64,000 nt of DNA, from contig JACRJP010000003.1 in NCBI GenBank assembly GCA_016215455.1, forward strand, positions 66,657-130,656, written 5' to 3'. How positions within the stretch are numbered: position 1 is the first letter of the stretch; each line of letters opens with the position of its first letter. Source of the DNA: Candidatus Tayloriibacteriota bacterium. GTDB lineage: Bacteria; Patescibacteriota; Minisyncoccia; Phycocordibacterales; PALSA-1337. A program made the translations under genes and the position numbers. Below are positions 10,446 to 20,601 of the stretch, piece after piece. Under the pieces are notes generated by a model that was given only the letters and a program-made list of their open reading frames with translations, ran no database searches and was not told the DNA's origin.

Positions 10446-11474
10446 TTAAAACTCCACTTGTACGAGATATTTTGAACCGATAACTTCCCCATTTGGTTCA
10501 AAGGTATACTTAGTAATTTTTCCTTCAACTCCAGCAAGAATAGTCTTCTTTAATTCTTCAATAGACTTAGTTTTTGGTAGAAGTTGCGTCAAAAGCGTAC
10601 CAACATCATATGTTACTGCATCATAGAATGGGTATGCAGGGTCAGCGTTATACGTCGCCTTAAATGTTGTTTTAAAATCTTCAAAACCTGCTGTGGTAAG
10701 TTCTGCTCTCCAACAAACTCCGTGTAAACCAAAATCTTTAGGTGAGAATGAATAATCACAGAGGTTCACGTCTCCGATAATCGGAAGATTGAGTTTAAGA
10801 GTTTGCATTTCCTTGAGAACTTCCTTGGCAGCAATATCACTCACAGGAACATAAATAACCTTTGTTGCTCCAGAACCCTTTATCTTTGTAATAAGTGTCA
10901 GATATGTCTTATCTTCAGGTAGATACGCTTCTTTGAATACAACCTTTGCCTTATCAGACAATGCATCAACAACAGACTTTGCATAATCTTGATTTTGATA
11001 CAGTACAGCGTATGTATCTTCAGGGTGAGCAGCTATGTATTCATTAATCGCATCAACAATAGTTAGAGCATCAGGGATGAAACGAATGACTTCAGTGCCA
11101 GTTTTTCGAATATCAGATGATCCAGCATATGCAGTGAGAATAACATTACCATCTTGAGCAGCAAGAGGAGCAAGTGCTGAGACACTACCACTACATGCAG
11201 CATAGAATACTTTTACATCTTTAAGTTTGAGATTCTGATATGCCGAAAGAGCTTTCTTTATATCACATTGATCATCTTCATAAACAAAATTAACACCTGA
11301 ACTTGTTGCAACCAAACCAAGAGAACGTTGAATACTTTCACCAGCAGATGCGGCTGGTCCTGAGAAAGGTCCGATTACGCCAATAGTAAGATTTGTGGAC
11401 GACTTATTAGAAGTTACTCCAACAACAATAACGAGTAGTACTATGACGATAACGGCAAGTATAACTTTTTTCAT
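10446..11474 (-). CDS. LivK/LivJ-family substrate-binding protein, membrane-anchored (SBP3)
   Basis: TM anchor. LTIGVIGPFSGPAASAGES, YEDDQCD..KA motif. Confidence 0.8.
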   Translation of the reverse strand: MKKVILAVIVIVLLVIVVGVTSNKSSTNLTIGVIGPFSGPAASAGESIQRSLGLVATSSGVNFVYEDDQCDIKKALSAYQNLKLKDVKVFYAACSGSVSALAPLAAQDGNVILTAYAGSSDIRKTGTEVIRFIPDALTIVDAINEYIAAHPEDTYAVLYQNQDYAKSVVDALSDKAKVVFKEAYLPEDKTYLTLITKIKGSGATKVIYVPVSDIAAKEVLKEMQTLKLNLPIIGDVNLCDYSFSPKDFGLHGVCWRAELTTAGFEDFKTTFKATYNADPAYPFYDAVTYDVGTLLTQLLPKTKSIEELKKTILAGVEGKITKYTFEPNGEVIGSKYLVQVEF

Positions 11475-11495
11475 AGATAAATGAATTACTTTAGA

Positions 11496-12647
11496 TTATT
11501 GTAAATCAACATACTTTCCATCTTTCACTGTTCGGAATACCGCAGGACGTTCTACTTCACAGTCATTGTTAAATGAGAGAGTTCCAGTTATACCCTTATA
11601 TCCCTTGAGATTACTAATGTAGTCAGCAACCTTCTGTGGATCATCTCCCACCTTACCAATAGCTTCTGCGAGAAGAGTGACCATTTCATAGTGTGATGCT
11701 GCTAGATACACCGGTTTTGCAGTATATTTTGCAACATATTTTTCTTTGAAGCTTTTTGCTCTCGAAGAATCATTTGATGCTACATCAGATGTATATTCGT
11801 AATCGATGTAATCAATACCTTCTGCAAGTGAGATATTTTTGAGAGCAGGATTTTGAATTGTATAGTAATCGCTCACAAGTGGTTTTTTCCAACCGAGTTC
11901 AGAAATTTGCTTAAGCATTGGCTCCACAGTATTAGCTACCTGGACAACAACCATTGCCTGAGCTTCATTTTGCACAGTCTTAAGTTTTGTTATATTAGTG
12001 CGATAATCTCCATTACCTGCTGCATTGTAAAATTCAGAAACAAGAATCTTACCTCCTTGAGCCTCAAAAGCCTTAGAGAATTCAGTATATATACCTCTTC
12101 CATATTCATTATCAGGTAAAAATGTCACTACCTTAGTGTAATTTTTCTTTGCAAGAAGTTGTGCATAGCCAGGACCAAAGCTTTTTGCAGTCAAAGCGAT
12201 ACGACATGATAGATTTGACCCATCAAAATATGCTGGGGTTGTTGCTCCTGGGACCAACATGACCTTACCGTCCTTAACTGCCACAGGACGAATCGCAGCA
12301 ACTACAGGACTACCATCAGCGACAATATAATTGATACCGGCAAGTTTGAGCGCATTATACGCATCTAAAGACTTTTTAGAATCATAGGCAGAATCTTCCA
12401 TGACCAGCTCAAGTTTTCGGCCATTAATACCGCCAGCTGCGTTAATTTCCTCAATAGCAATAAGACTTGCTTGTTTCTGAAGATCACCAACGAGAGCTTG
12501 TGAACCTGAAAGAATATAAGCACCTCCAATTTTAATTGTTTCGTTTGAAGCTTTATTTCGAGAGAGACCTGTCACTACAACAGCTACTATTACAATCAAG
12601 ACAATGGCCCATAACCATACCGAACTCTTCTTTTGACCTGTTTCCAT
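11496..12647 (-). CDS. LivK/LivJ-family substrate-binding protein, membrane-anchored (SBP4)
   Basis: TM anchor. IKIGGAYILSGSQALVGD..., classic EEINAAGGINGRKLELVMEDSAYD LivK motif. Confidence 0.85.
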   Translation of the reverse strand: METGQKKSSVWLWAIVLIVIVAVVVTGLSRNKASNETIKIGGAYILSGSQALVGDLQKQASLIAIEEINAAGGINGRKLELVMEDSAYDSKKSLDAYNALKLAGINYIVADGSPVVAAIRPVAVKDGKVMLVPGATTPAYFDGSNLSCRIALTAKSFGPGYAQLLAKKNYTKVVTFLPDNEYGRGIYTEFSKAFEAQGGKILVSEFYNAAGNGDYRTNITKLKTVQNEAQAMVVVQVANTVEPMLKQISELGWKKPLVSDYYTIQNPALKNISLAEGIDYIDYEYTSDVASNDSSRAKSFKEKYVAKYTAKPVYLAASHYEMVTLLAEAIGKVGDDPQKVADYISNLKGYKGITGTLSFNNDCEVERPAVFRTVKDGKYVDLQ

Positions 12648-12695
12648 GGAATTATGCTTATATATAATGATTTATACATTAAGCATAACATATCC

Positions 12696-13766
12696 CTAAA
12701 TTTGCACACCCTTACCATCCTTGATAGTCCAGATTGATGCCTTTGTGTGGAAGTTGCTACTTTCAGGAGTCTTTGTTACCTTACCCGCCTTACCATCATA
12801 TGCAGTAATTGCCTTAAAGTTTGTAACAGCATCTCCTTCTTTTTCAAAACTCTGCACGAGCATATTGAAGATGTCATATCCGTACGGCGCAGCTCGAACA
12901 TTAAAGCGAAGTGTTGGATTCTTTTGTGCAAAAACATCAGCAAATGTAGGGTCAGCGAGCATTGAATCACTGTACCAAAGACCTTCATAGAGTTTTGGTT
13001 CTGGACTTGCAGCAAAGAGAGCTGTAGTACTGAGATTCTTTACCCCTTCATCAATAAATTGCTTTGAAATAATATCGAGAGACGGTGGAAATGCACCGAT
13101 ATAGTAGAGATCAGGCTTACTTGCCTTTGCTTTTGAAACAATAGTTTTAAAATCACGAACATTTCCATCAAATGCATCTCGATACACAATCTTGATACCA
13201 TATTGAGGGATAATTCGTACCATTTCATCAGTAATAACCTTAATACCAGGATGTACCTGCTCAAGAACTGCAATAGTTTTTACCCCGCGACGCTGTGCCT
13301 CTCCTAACCAAACAGGAACTTCATCAACAGGTGTCATACCGTTAGTGAAGTTATACGGAACATTACCAATCGTAACATCAGTGCAGTCACAAACATGGAT
13401 TACACCAGCTTTTTCAGCAATATTTTTTACTGCATTACCTGTACTTGAAGTCGTTGTAATGATCGCCTTCACTTTATCAATAGCAATAAGTTTGTTTGCG
13501 GCACTTGCTGCAGTTGCTTGGTTTGTTGTGTCGTCTTCAACAATCACTTCGTATGTATATTTTGTTGATTTGCCCACAAGATCAGCTACTGCGAGTTCAA
13601 CTCCTTTAGCAAGAGTCGCACCATATGCAGCACCTCCTCCTGTTAGAGGGGCTACGACACCAATTTTAATAACTTGTGTTTCACTTGATGGAGAAACAAT
13701 GCCAACATATGCAAGTACTGCGATAATAATGATAGCTACCACTGACACTATGATTCTTTTATTCAT
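12696..13766 (-). CDS. LivK/LivJ-family substrate-binding protein, membrane-anchored (SBP5)
   Basis: Start refined to MNKRIIVSVVAIIII. IKIGVVAPLTGGGAAYG motif. Confidence 0.8.
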   Translation of the reverse strand: MNKRIIVSVVAIIIIAVLAYVGIVSPSSETQVIKIGVVAPLTGGGAAYGATLAKGVELAVADLVGKSTKYTYEVIVEDDTTNQATAASAANKLIAIDKVKAIITTTSSTGNAVKNIAEKAGVIHVCDCTDVTIGNVPYNFTNGMTPVDEVPVWLGEAQRRGVKTIAVLEQVHPGIKVITDEMVRIIPQYGIKIVYRDAFDGNVRDFKTIVSKAKASKPDLYYIGAFPPSLDIISKQFIDEGVKNLSTTALFAASPEPKLYEGLWYSDSMLADPTFADVFAQKNPTLRFNVRAAPYGYDIFNMLVQSFEKEGDAVTNFKAITAYDGKAGKVTKTPESSNFHTKASIWTIKDGKGVQI

Positions 13767-13905
13767 GTCTACTAGTATACCTCTAAAGATTATATTGACC
13801 AATAAATAAGACACTAATTTATCAAAATATACAAATAACCTTGATTTATATAGATTCTATGTTATATTATAGTTGTCATAAATCTTGACAGTAATCACAT
13901 ATATC

Positions 13906-14664
13906 ATGAATATCCCTCAATCACTCATTTTCCTTGGTCTCGATGAACACCAAGCACGACTATATACTCATCTCCTAAAACAGCCTAAAAATGCTGAGCT
14001 AACTGTCTTTTCTATTGCCAAAAATATTGACATGCCCCGCTCAACGGTCTACCTTACCCTTCAAGAACTTGAGACAAAGAAACTTGTGTCGTCGTATAAG
14101 AAGAATAATGTACTTCGATATATCGTTGGTGATCCTTCACGACTTGTCCGTGACCTTGAAGAGAAGCAAGAGATCCTGACTGCACTCCTCCCTACTCTAC
14201 AATCACTATCAAAAGATTCTCCTTTCTCACCTTCTGTTCAAACATTCTCAGGAGCAAAAGGAGTTATTACAGTATTCGATGATCTCTATAATAATCCAAA
14301 AGAGAATGGTGTTCGAGAATATCACACATTTTCTCATCCTAAACTTATTGAATATATGCCGAAAAAGTTTCCCAAATATATGGAAGCAAAAAAGAAACTC
14401 AATATTCCAAGCAAACTTCTTGTTCCTGGATTTCTCGCAAAAAACACCCCTAAAGAATATATGTCAGATAGCCATCGTGAGACTCGCTTCTTACCTAACT
14501 CAGTCAATTTTGAAGGAACCCTTGTTATCTATGGTCGCAAAACAGCAATATTCTCTCATCGAGACAATGAAGTCTATTCTATGATCATTGACTCGCCTGC
14601 TATTACCGAAATGCTTGATGCTATATTTCTTACGCTGTGGAATTTGGTACCGAAGAGTAAGTAA
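13906..14664 (+). CDS. TrmB-family winged-helix transcriptional regulator (copy 1 of 5)
   Basis: The ORF track begins at a TTG. Start moved to the ATG at 13906 (MNIPQSLIFLGL). N-terminal TrmB-type HTH (GLDEHQARLYTHLL...ELTVFSIAKNIDMPRSTVYLTLQELETKKLV), ~250 aa. Divergent from the SBP5-to-SBP1 operon. Confidence 0.7.
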   Translation: MNIPQSLIFLGLDEHQARLYTHLLKQPKNAELTVFSIAKNIDMPRSTVYLTLQELETKKLVSSYKKNNVLRYIVGDPSRLVRDLEEKQEILTALLPTLQSLSKDSPFSPSVQTFSGAKGVITVFDDLYNNPKENGVREYHTFSHPKLIEYMPKKFPKYMEAKKKLNIPSKLLVPGFLAKNTPKEYMSDSHRETRFLPNSVNFEGTLVIYGRKTAIFSHRDNEVYSMIIDSPAITEMLDAIFLTLWNLVPKSK

Positions 14665-14666
14665 CT

Positions 14667-15419
14667 CTATTCCCCCAAATAAGCTTCTATCACATCTTTA
14701 CGAGCAAGCACTTCAAGAGGTTTTCCGTCAGCAAGAAGTTTACCAGCATCGAGAACATAGAGATGATCGGAGAGTTCACGGATAATATCCATATTGTGTT
14801 CAACAAGCACTACTGCCTTTCCCTTATCGCGTAATTCTTTCATAACAGAGATAACTGTCTTTACCATCTCTGGAAAAAGTCCTGCAAAAGGTTCATCAAA
14901 GAAAATGAGCTCAATTTCTCCTGGAGCACCGTGGAGCATTCCAAGTACACGAGCAATTTCAAGAAGCTTACGCTGACCATATGAAAGATTCTTTGCTAAT
15001 TCATTTCTTTTCTCCCAAAGACCAACTCGCTTGAGAACTTCTTCGGCACGTTCAAGATGGTACGTTCCGTGTTTTTCAAAAAGAGCAGAGACAATATTGC
15101 GCTCCGTAAGCACCACGAGAACATTGTCGAGTACTGGCATTTGTTCAAAGAGTTTTACATCTTGAAATGTTCGCGTCATGCCATAGAGTGGAACTTGATG
15201 TGGTACAACTTTTGTAAGATGTGTTGTGTCAGCAATGATAACGGCACCACCATCAACAGGAATCATACCTGTGAGAGTATTGATAAGAGTCGACTTGCCT
15301 GAGCCATTAGGACCGACAATACTCGTGATTTTACCGGCTTCAAATGTCACCGATAGATGATCGACAGCATGAACACCATCAAATTTCTTCTCTAGATTGT
15401 GAGTACGGAGGTAAGGCAT
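14667..15419 (-). CDS. livG: Branched-chain amino acid ABC transporter ATP-binding protein LivG-like
   Basis: Walker A GPNGSGKST, signature LSYGQRKLLEIARVL, Walker B IFFDEPFAGL. 250 aa. Confidence 0.85.
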   Translation of the reverse strand: MPYLRTHNLEKKFDGVHAVDHLSVTFEAGKITSIVGPNGSGKSTLINTLTGMIPVDGGAVIIADTTHLTKVVPHQVPLYGMTRTFQDVKLFEQMPVLDNVLVVLTERNIVSALFEKHGTYHLERAEEVLKRVGLWEKRNELAKNLSYGQRKLLEIARVLGMLHGAPGEIELIFFDEPFAGLFPEMVKTVISVMKELRDKGKAVVLVEHNMDIIRELSDHLYVLDAGKLLADGKPLEVLARKDVIEAYLGE

Positions 15420-15443
15420 AGATGTTTCCTTGTCCCCTATATT

Positions 15444-16523
15444 CTACTTCATTTCAGATATTTTTCCACCTGAGATGACCATGATCTTTGTCTTAGGTTT
15501 TCGATTACCTAATGCATCAAATTCTGTTTTGCCTGTAGCACCATCAAGAGATATATTCTTAATATTTTCTATCCATTTCTTTTGATCAGTCGCATATGCT
15601 GTTACAAGAATATTGAATGCATCATATCCAATATCTGCCAAAAATGGAGCATCTACCCCGTAACGTTCTTTATATGCTTTTTTAAAATCTTCTGTCGTAT
15701 CAAACTGAGACGTACCAACGAGTGTTCCATCAAGTACCGTGAGATCTCCCATGATTCTTTGATAATCAGAATAACCTGACTGGAAACTCGCATCAAAGAA
15801 AAACTGTGGCTTATTTTTAGCTACTTTCAAAAATTCCTTCATAAACTGTGCGCCTTGCTGAGGAAAGATAAATAGCCCAACGTTACTTGGTGATCCTTGA
15901 GAAACCTTAAGAGCATGAGTTCGAAAATCTTTTTCTGAAGAGTCGATAATAAAATCATGCGTTATACCAGCAAATCCTTTTTTAAAACTCTCCACAAAAC
16001 GAATCATCGCATCGTTATTTGTGTACACAATCGACATTTCTTTTACTCCCTTGTTCTTCATATATACTCCGTAATCATATTCAGATGCAATACTGTTCGG
16101 CCAAATACCAAACACATTATCAACAGCGGGTTCACGTCCTTGTTCGCCCAACTGTATTACGGGAAGATTGGTTTTTGTAACAAGATCGTATATAGAGTCA
16201 ATGGTAGGTGTTGAAGCATTAATGAGAGCATCCACCTTATCAACTGAAACAATCTTTCGATATGCACTTACTCCTTTACCTCCATTAAAACCATCATCTT
16301 CAATAACAATACTCACTTGAGAATTGGGATTATTCTTATTGTAGGTTTCTTGAGCAAGAACAACACCATTCTTGAAACTTTCACCAACAACCGCATAGTC
16401 ACCACTTAAGATACTTATGAGACCAACCTTAAAACTTTTTGGTTGTAAATTTTGTTGGAAGCCCCATACCACAAAGATGATCACAATGACTGCAGCAATA
16501 CCCCACCCGATTTTTTTATTCAT
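15444..16523 (-). CDS. LivK/LivJ-family substrate-binding protein, membrane-anchored (SBP6)
   Basis: Start refined to MNKKIGWGIAAVIVIIFVV (ATG at 16521-16523). Periplasmic binding fold. Co-directional with livG immediately downstream. Confidence 0.75.
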   Translation of the reverse strand: MNKKIGWGIAAVIVIIFVVWGFQQNLQPKSFKVGLISILSGDYAVVGESFKNGVVLAQETYNKNNPNSQVSIVIEDDGFNGGKGVSAYRKIVSVDKVDALINASTPTIDSIYDLVTKTNLPVIQLGEQGREPAVDNVFGIWPNSIASEYDYGVYMKNKGVKEMSIVYTNNDAMIRFVESFKKGFAGITHDFIIDSSEKDFRTHALKVSQGSPSNVGLFIFPQQGAQFMKEFLKVAKNKPQFFFDASFQSGYSDYQRIMGDLTVLDGTLVGTSQFDTTEDFKKAYKERYGVDAPFLADIGYDAFNILVTAYATDQKKWIENIKNISLDGATGKTEFDALGNRKPKTKIMVISGGKISEMK

Positions 16524-16631
16524 AGCGCTGATAATTAAATAATGTACAAAGTGTAACACGACCCTCTTTTTGGCAATAGGCATAAAATCATCAGAATTGC
16601 TGATATTTTTGGTTTGTGGTATACCTGTGAC

Positions 16632-17378
16632 ATGTCTCACTTAGAAACACTTCTGAATGATATCGGCCTTACCCCAAAGGAAAGTTCGGTCTATATAGCC
16701 TTGTTAAAGCTTGGTTCTGCCTCTGCATATGCTATTTCAGAGATGGCGGGAATTAAGCCGCCAACTACCTATCTTACTCTTCAAAATCTTATCAGAAAAA
16801 ATATCGTTATCACCCTTCCACGAGCAAAGAAGCAGTTATTCGCAGTAAAGCCCCCCGAAGAACTCATTAAGATGTATGAAGATAAAGTAAGTCGCATCAA
16901 GAAATCTTTACCCCAATTTGAAGCTCTTGTGCCCGATGTGAAGCCTCAAATTAAAGTGAGCTACTATCAAGGATATAAAGGTGTCGAAGAAGCCTTACAC
17001 TATAGCGACAAACGGCATCCAACATCAAAAGAAATGATCGCGTTTTATGCGAGCGGAGAAAAGATAGACGAGAAATACATTGAGCTTTCAAAGAGATACA
17101 TGACTACTCGTCATAAGTTAGGAACAATCATTCGAGGTATTACACCCAAAGATCCAACTTACGATAGAGAGTTACAGAAATTTAATGAAAGTCTCGGATA
17201 CAATATCTTGTCTGTTCCCCATAACGAATATTCTGCCCAGGCTTCAATCGAAGCTGATGATTATATTGTTCGCATTATCATGCTAAAAGAGGAAAAAGCT
17301 CTCATCATCGAAAACGCCGAACTCGCAAAAATGGTTCGACAGATATTCGAGATGGTGTGGAAGGTAAAAAAACCTTAG
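16632..17378 (+). CDS. TrmB-family winged-helix transcriptional regulator (copy 2)
   Basis: The ORF track begins at a GTG at 16614. Start moved to the ATG at 16632 (MSHLETLL). HTH GLTPKESSVYIALLKLGSASAYAISEMAGIKPPTTYLTLQNLIRKNIV. Confidence 0.7.
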   Translation: MSHLETLLNDIGLTPKESSVYIALLKLGSASAYAISEMAGIKPPTTYLTLQNLIRKNIVITLPRAKKQLFAVKPPEELIKMYEDKVSRIKKSLPQFEALVPDVKPQIKVSYYQGYKGVEEALHYSDKRHPTSKEMIAFYASGEKIDEKYIELSKRYMTTRHKLGTIIRGITPKDPTYDRELQKFNESLGYNILSVPHNEYSAQASIEADDYIVRIIMLKEEKALIIENAELAKMVRQIFEMVWKVKKP

Positions 17379-17393
17379 GTATAAAAAACGAAA

Positions 17394-17412
17394 CCCCGCC
17401 AGTGTGGCGGGG
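17394..17412. terminator. Hairpin terminator (serves the minus-strand SBP7 gene; T-run on the minus strand)
   Basis: CCCCGCCAgtgTGGCGGGG, 8-bp GC stem. Reverse-complement side is followed by tttcgtttttt. Confidence 0.5.
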
Positions 17413-17480
17413 AATCTCTGAGGCCGAAGCCGATAGTGAGTACGTAGTACATCCATTTCTTTCAAAACACAACTTTCAAT

Positions 17481-18575
17481 TTAATACTTCACCTGTACCC
17501 CATTTCTAATAACCTGAATCTCAACGAGATTACTTTGAGTTGTATGATCAGGATTAAATTTAATAACACCATTTGGAGTCTCAAAAGAATTCTGTGCTAT
17601 ATACGAAGCCACCTGACTCGCATCAGTCGTTTTAGCAATTGCATCTGCTAACACATGCACAGCTTCAAAACTCTTATCAGCAGACTTTGCCGGCTCAGCA
17701 TTGTATTCCGCTTTATACAACTTCGTAAATTCAGGTGATGAGACTTCCCAATTAATGATTGCAACCCCTTCAAGAATACTCTTGTCTTTCTCATCTACGA
17801 ATGAATCAGTCAAACCATTGTAACTAATGATTTTTGGGGTGAAGCCAAGTTGCTTTGACTGTACCAAGAAATTCACCGGATCATTACCCACCATATCCAA
17901 GAACACAGCATCAACCTTTTGAGATTTTAATTTAGCAATAGTCGTCTTGAAATCGTTATTTCCAATCTGAGTGTATTCTTCATTTACAATTCCAGCATAT
18001 CCAAGTGATTTCATTACACTATCGAGAGTCTTTGCGATTTCTTTTCCAAAACTAGATTGTAAATGTACCACAGCAAGATTGTTTATTTTTTCTTTTTCAA
18101 GATATCTTCGAAGTTCACCGAGGGGCTGATTGAAATTTGTTCTCATAACAAAGCTCTGAGCATTGAGATCAAATCCTTCTTCAATTCGAAAGTTGGCCGG
18201 AGAAATGAATGCTCGTTTATTATTCAAAGCCAAAGGAATAAGTGGCTGTGCAGTGAAATCAAATGTTCCACCAATGACACCATCAACATTATCCAGACTT
18301 ACAAGCTTATTGTATGCAGTAACAGCATCTTTACCTTCAGTATGATCATCTTCAATAACAAGCTCAATCTGTCGGCCATTGATTCCGCCATTTGCATTAA
18401 TATTCTTGACCGCTAATTCCATACCGTTTTTCGAATATTCACCCCATGGTGCAGCAAATCCTGTTAGAGATATAACAGCTCCGATCTTAATCGTATCGTT
18501 ATTCTTTGGTTGTACATTGATGATAATAGCCACTATCGCCGCACATATAAGTACTATAATGATTACTTTTTTCAT
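17481..18575 (-). CDS. LivK/LivJ-family substrate-binding protein, membrane-anchored (SBP7)
   Basis: TM anchor. IKIGAVISLTGFAAPWGE, NANGGINGRQIELVIEDD motif. Confidence 0.85.
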   Translation of the reverse strand: MKKVIIIVLICAAIVAIIINVQPKNNDTIKIGAVISLTGFAAPWGEYSKNGMELAVKNINANGGINGRQIELVIEDDHTEGKDAVTAYNKLVSLDNVDGVIGGTFDFTAQPLIPLALNNKRAFISPANFRIEEGFDLNAQSFVMRTNFNQPLGELRRYLEKEKINNLAVVHLQSSFGKEIAKTLDSVMKSLGYAGIVNEEYTQIGNNDFKTTIAKLKSQKVDAVFLDMVGNDPVNFLVQSKQLGFTPKIISYNGLTDSFVDEKDKSILEGVAIINWEVSSPEFTKLYKAEYNAEPAKSADKSFEAVHVLADAIAKTTDASQVASYIAQNSFETPNGVIKFNPDHTTQSNLVEIQVIRNGVQVKY

Positions 18576-18636
18576 ATTGTCATAAGTATATACTCATGGT
18601 ACTATATGTCCATAATACGGCGAAAAGCGAATACTT

Positions 18637-19407
18637 ATGAAAAATAATGATTTTTTAGATGTTTTAGGTCTTAAAGCAGTTCCCAAGAAAGTTTTGGTGG
18701 ATCTAGTTCAGCATGGCACTTCCAAGGTAACTGAGATCTCTTCCCGTCTCCACCTCCCTAAATCATCGGTATATGATGCCCTTTCAATACTTGTCGAAAA
18801 AAGTCTTGTAAATGAATACAGTGACGATCGCGGGAAGATGTTTGGACTGTCTGATAATGAACAACTAGCACGAGTTCATGCTGAAAAAATAGAAGAATTC
18901 AAAAAGGCACAGGCTTCCCTCCTCTCTTTCATTACAACCCATGCTCGTGAAGACAATGTAGTACAACCAAAAATTAAATTCTATTCAGGTATCATTGGTA
19001 TCAAACAAGCCTTCCGTGACATGATGTGGAATAGCAAGTACAAGGAGGCATATCTCATGTGGCCAATGCAAAATATGCTCGATAGTATCGATGAAGATTT
19101 TCTTAAGTGGCATGGCAAACAACGCTACAAATACAATGTAGTTATTTACTCTATTGAAAAACACAGCGACAGAAAATTAAAGATACGAGATCGTGAGTGG
19201 CTTGAAAGTGATCTAAAAACAAAACTCACAGAAGTCCGTTATCTTCCCAAAGGAATCGATTGGAAAATGAGTTACTGGATCTATGGTGACAAATGTCTCT
19301 TTGCCAGTGGTGATAGAGAACAAATTGCTTTCACCATTCACAGCAAAGAATTCTGCGACATCATGAAACTCATGTGGAAACAAATGTGGGTAGTGGCGAA
19401 GAAGTAA
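18637..19407 (+). CDS. TrmB-family winged-helix transcriptional regulator (copy 3)
   Basis: HTH GLKAVPKKVLVDLVQHGTSKVTEISSRLHLPKSSVYDALSILVEKSLV. 256 aa. Divergent from SBP7. Confidence 0.7.
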   Translation: MKNNDFLDVLGLKAVPKKVLVDLVQHGTSKVTEISSRLHLPKSSVYDALSILVEKSLVNEYSDDRGKMFGLSDNEQLARVHAEKIEEFKKAQASLLSFITTHAREDNVVQPKIKFYSGIIGIKQAFRDMMWNSKYKEAYLMWPMQNMLDSIDEDFLKWHGKQRYKYNVVIYSIEKHSDRKLKIRDREWLESDLKTKLTEVRYLPKGIDWKMSYWIYGDKCLFASGDREQIAFTIHSKEFCDIMKLMWKQMWVVAKK

Positions 19408-19410
19408 TAA

Positions 19411-20547
19411 TTACTTAATCTTCATCGGCGTACTGGTCGCACCATCAAAGCCCATGAGAATAACCTGAGCATCTGATCGATCACGAAATTCGTTGAAGGT
19501 GATTGTTCCAGAAGCACCATCAAATGGCGTGAATGCTGTCTTTACCTTTTCCACATCAGTAGTACCAGCTTTTTCAACTGCTCGAGCAATCATATATACA
19601 GCATCATACGCTGTATCTGCCCCAGGACCTGGTTCAGTACCATACTTTGCTTTGAAAGCATCAACGAAAACTTGTCTCGAAGGTGTGTAGATAGCGTATA
19701 TTAGGTTCTTAAGATACGGAACTGAAACCTTGGCTGTTGCACCAAGAGCCGCAACATCAACTGGGTAAAGAATGGGTGTGCCAATTTTAAGCTCACCAGA
19801 CTGCTGGAGAAAACGTTCGATAGGGCCAGAAGTAATCGCAGCAAATACTGCATCAGGCTTTGATTGCTTAATCTTACTAACATGTGTTTTGAAATCCTGA
19901 GTATCGATTGGGAAAGAAACTGGACTCACGACCTTAATTCCCTGTTCTTTTGCAAGTGAGGTAAATACTTCAATGAGAGAATTTTCCCAAGGACCGATAC
20001 TTTGAACGAGTGCTACCTTTTTGAAATTTTTACTCTTTGCATATGCGACCAATTCCTTTACAGCAATTGCATCAGACGGCCATGTTCGATAGAGATACTC
20101 ACTTTTCTTTGTAAAATCAGCAGCTCCAGCAGAGACAGTAACTGTTAAAATCTTATTCTGAGTAATGATAGGAATTACCGGTTCTGTCTGATCAGTCCAG
20201 CCAGTGAGAAGGAAATTGACCTTGTCGATTGAAATAAGTTTATTGACAGCAGAGACTGAGCCCTTTGCCTCACTATAATTGTCTTCTGTCACCACTACCA
20301 CCTGTCGGCCGAGAACACCACCATTTTGATTGATCTGGAAAGCCGCCAATTCCGCTCCTTGTTTTGAAGGTTCGCCCCATGAGGCACCGAAGCTTGAGAG
20401 CGCGAAATTAGCGCCAATTTTGATGAGTTCTTGAGTACCACCTACATCCTGTCGTGAAGTCGAACCCTTTGTTACAAAGCTGACCCCTACAACAATAATC
20501 ACCACAAGTACCACCAATCCGACGATGATTTTACCTAATTTAGTCAT
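19411..20547 (-). CDS. LivK/LivJ-family substrate-binding protein, membrane-anchored (SBP8)
   Basis: Start refined to MTKLGKIIVGLVVLVVII (ATG at 20545-20547). IKIGANFALSS..., QINQNGGVLGRQVVVVTEDN. Confidence 0.8.
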   Translation of the reverse strand: MTKLGKIIVGLVVLVVIIVVGVSFVTKGSTSRQDVGGTQELIKIGANFALSSFGASWGEPSKQGAELAAFQINQNGGVLGRQVVVVTEDNYSEAKGSVSAVNKLISIDKVNFLLTGWTDQTEPVIPIITQNKILTVTVSAGAADFTKKSEYLYRTWPSDAIAVKELVAYAKSKNFKKVALVQSIGPWENSLIEVFTSLAKEQGIKVVSPVSFPIDTQDFKTHVSKIKQSKPDAVFAAITSGPIERFLQQSGELKIGTPILYPVDVAALGATAKVSVPYLKNLIYAIYTPSRQVFVDAFKAKYGTEPGPGADTAYDAVYMIARAVEKAGTTDVEKVKTAFTPFDGASGTITFNEFRDRSDAQVILMGFDGATSTPMKIK

Positions 20548-20601
20548 ATATTTAATGTATGACCATATTCTGGGCTTAAACAAAGCACTTGTAAAGAGTT
20601 T

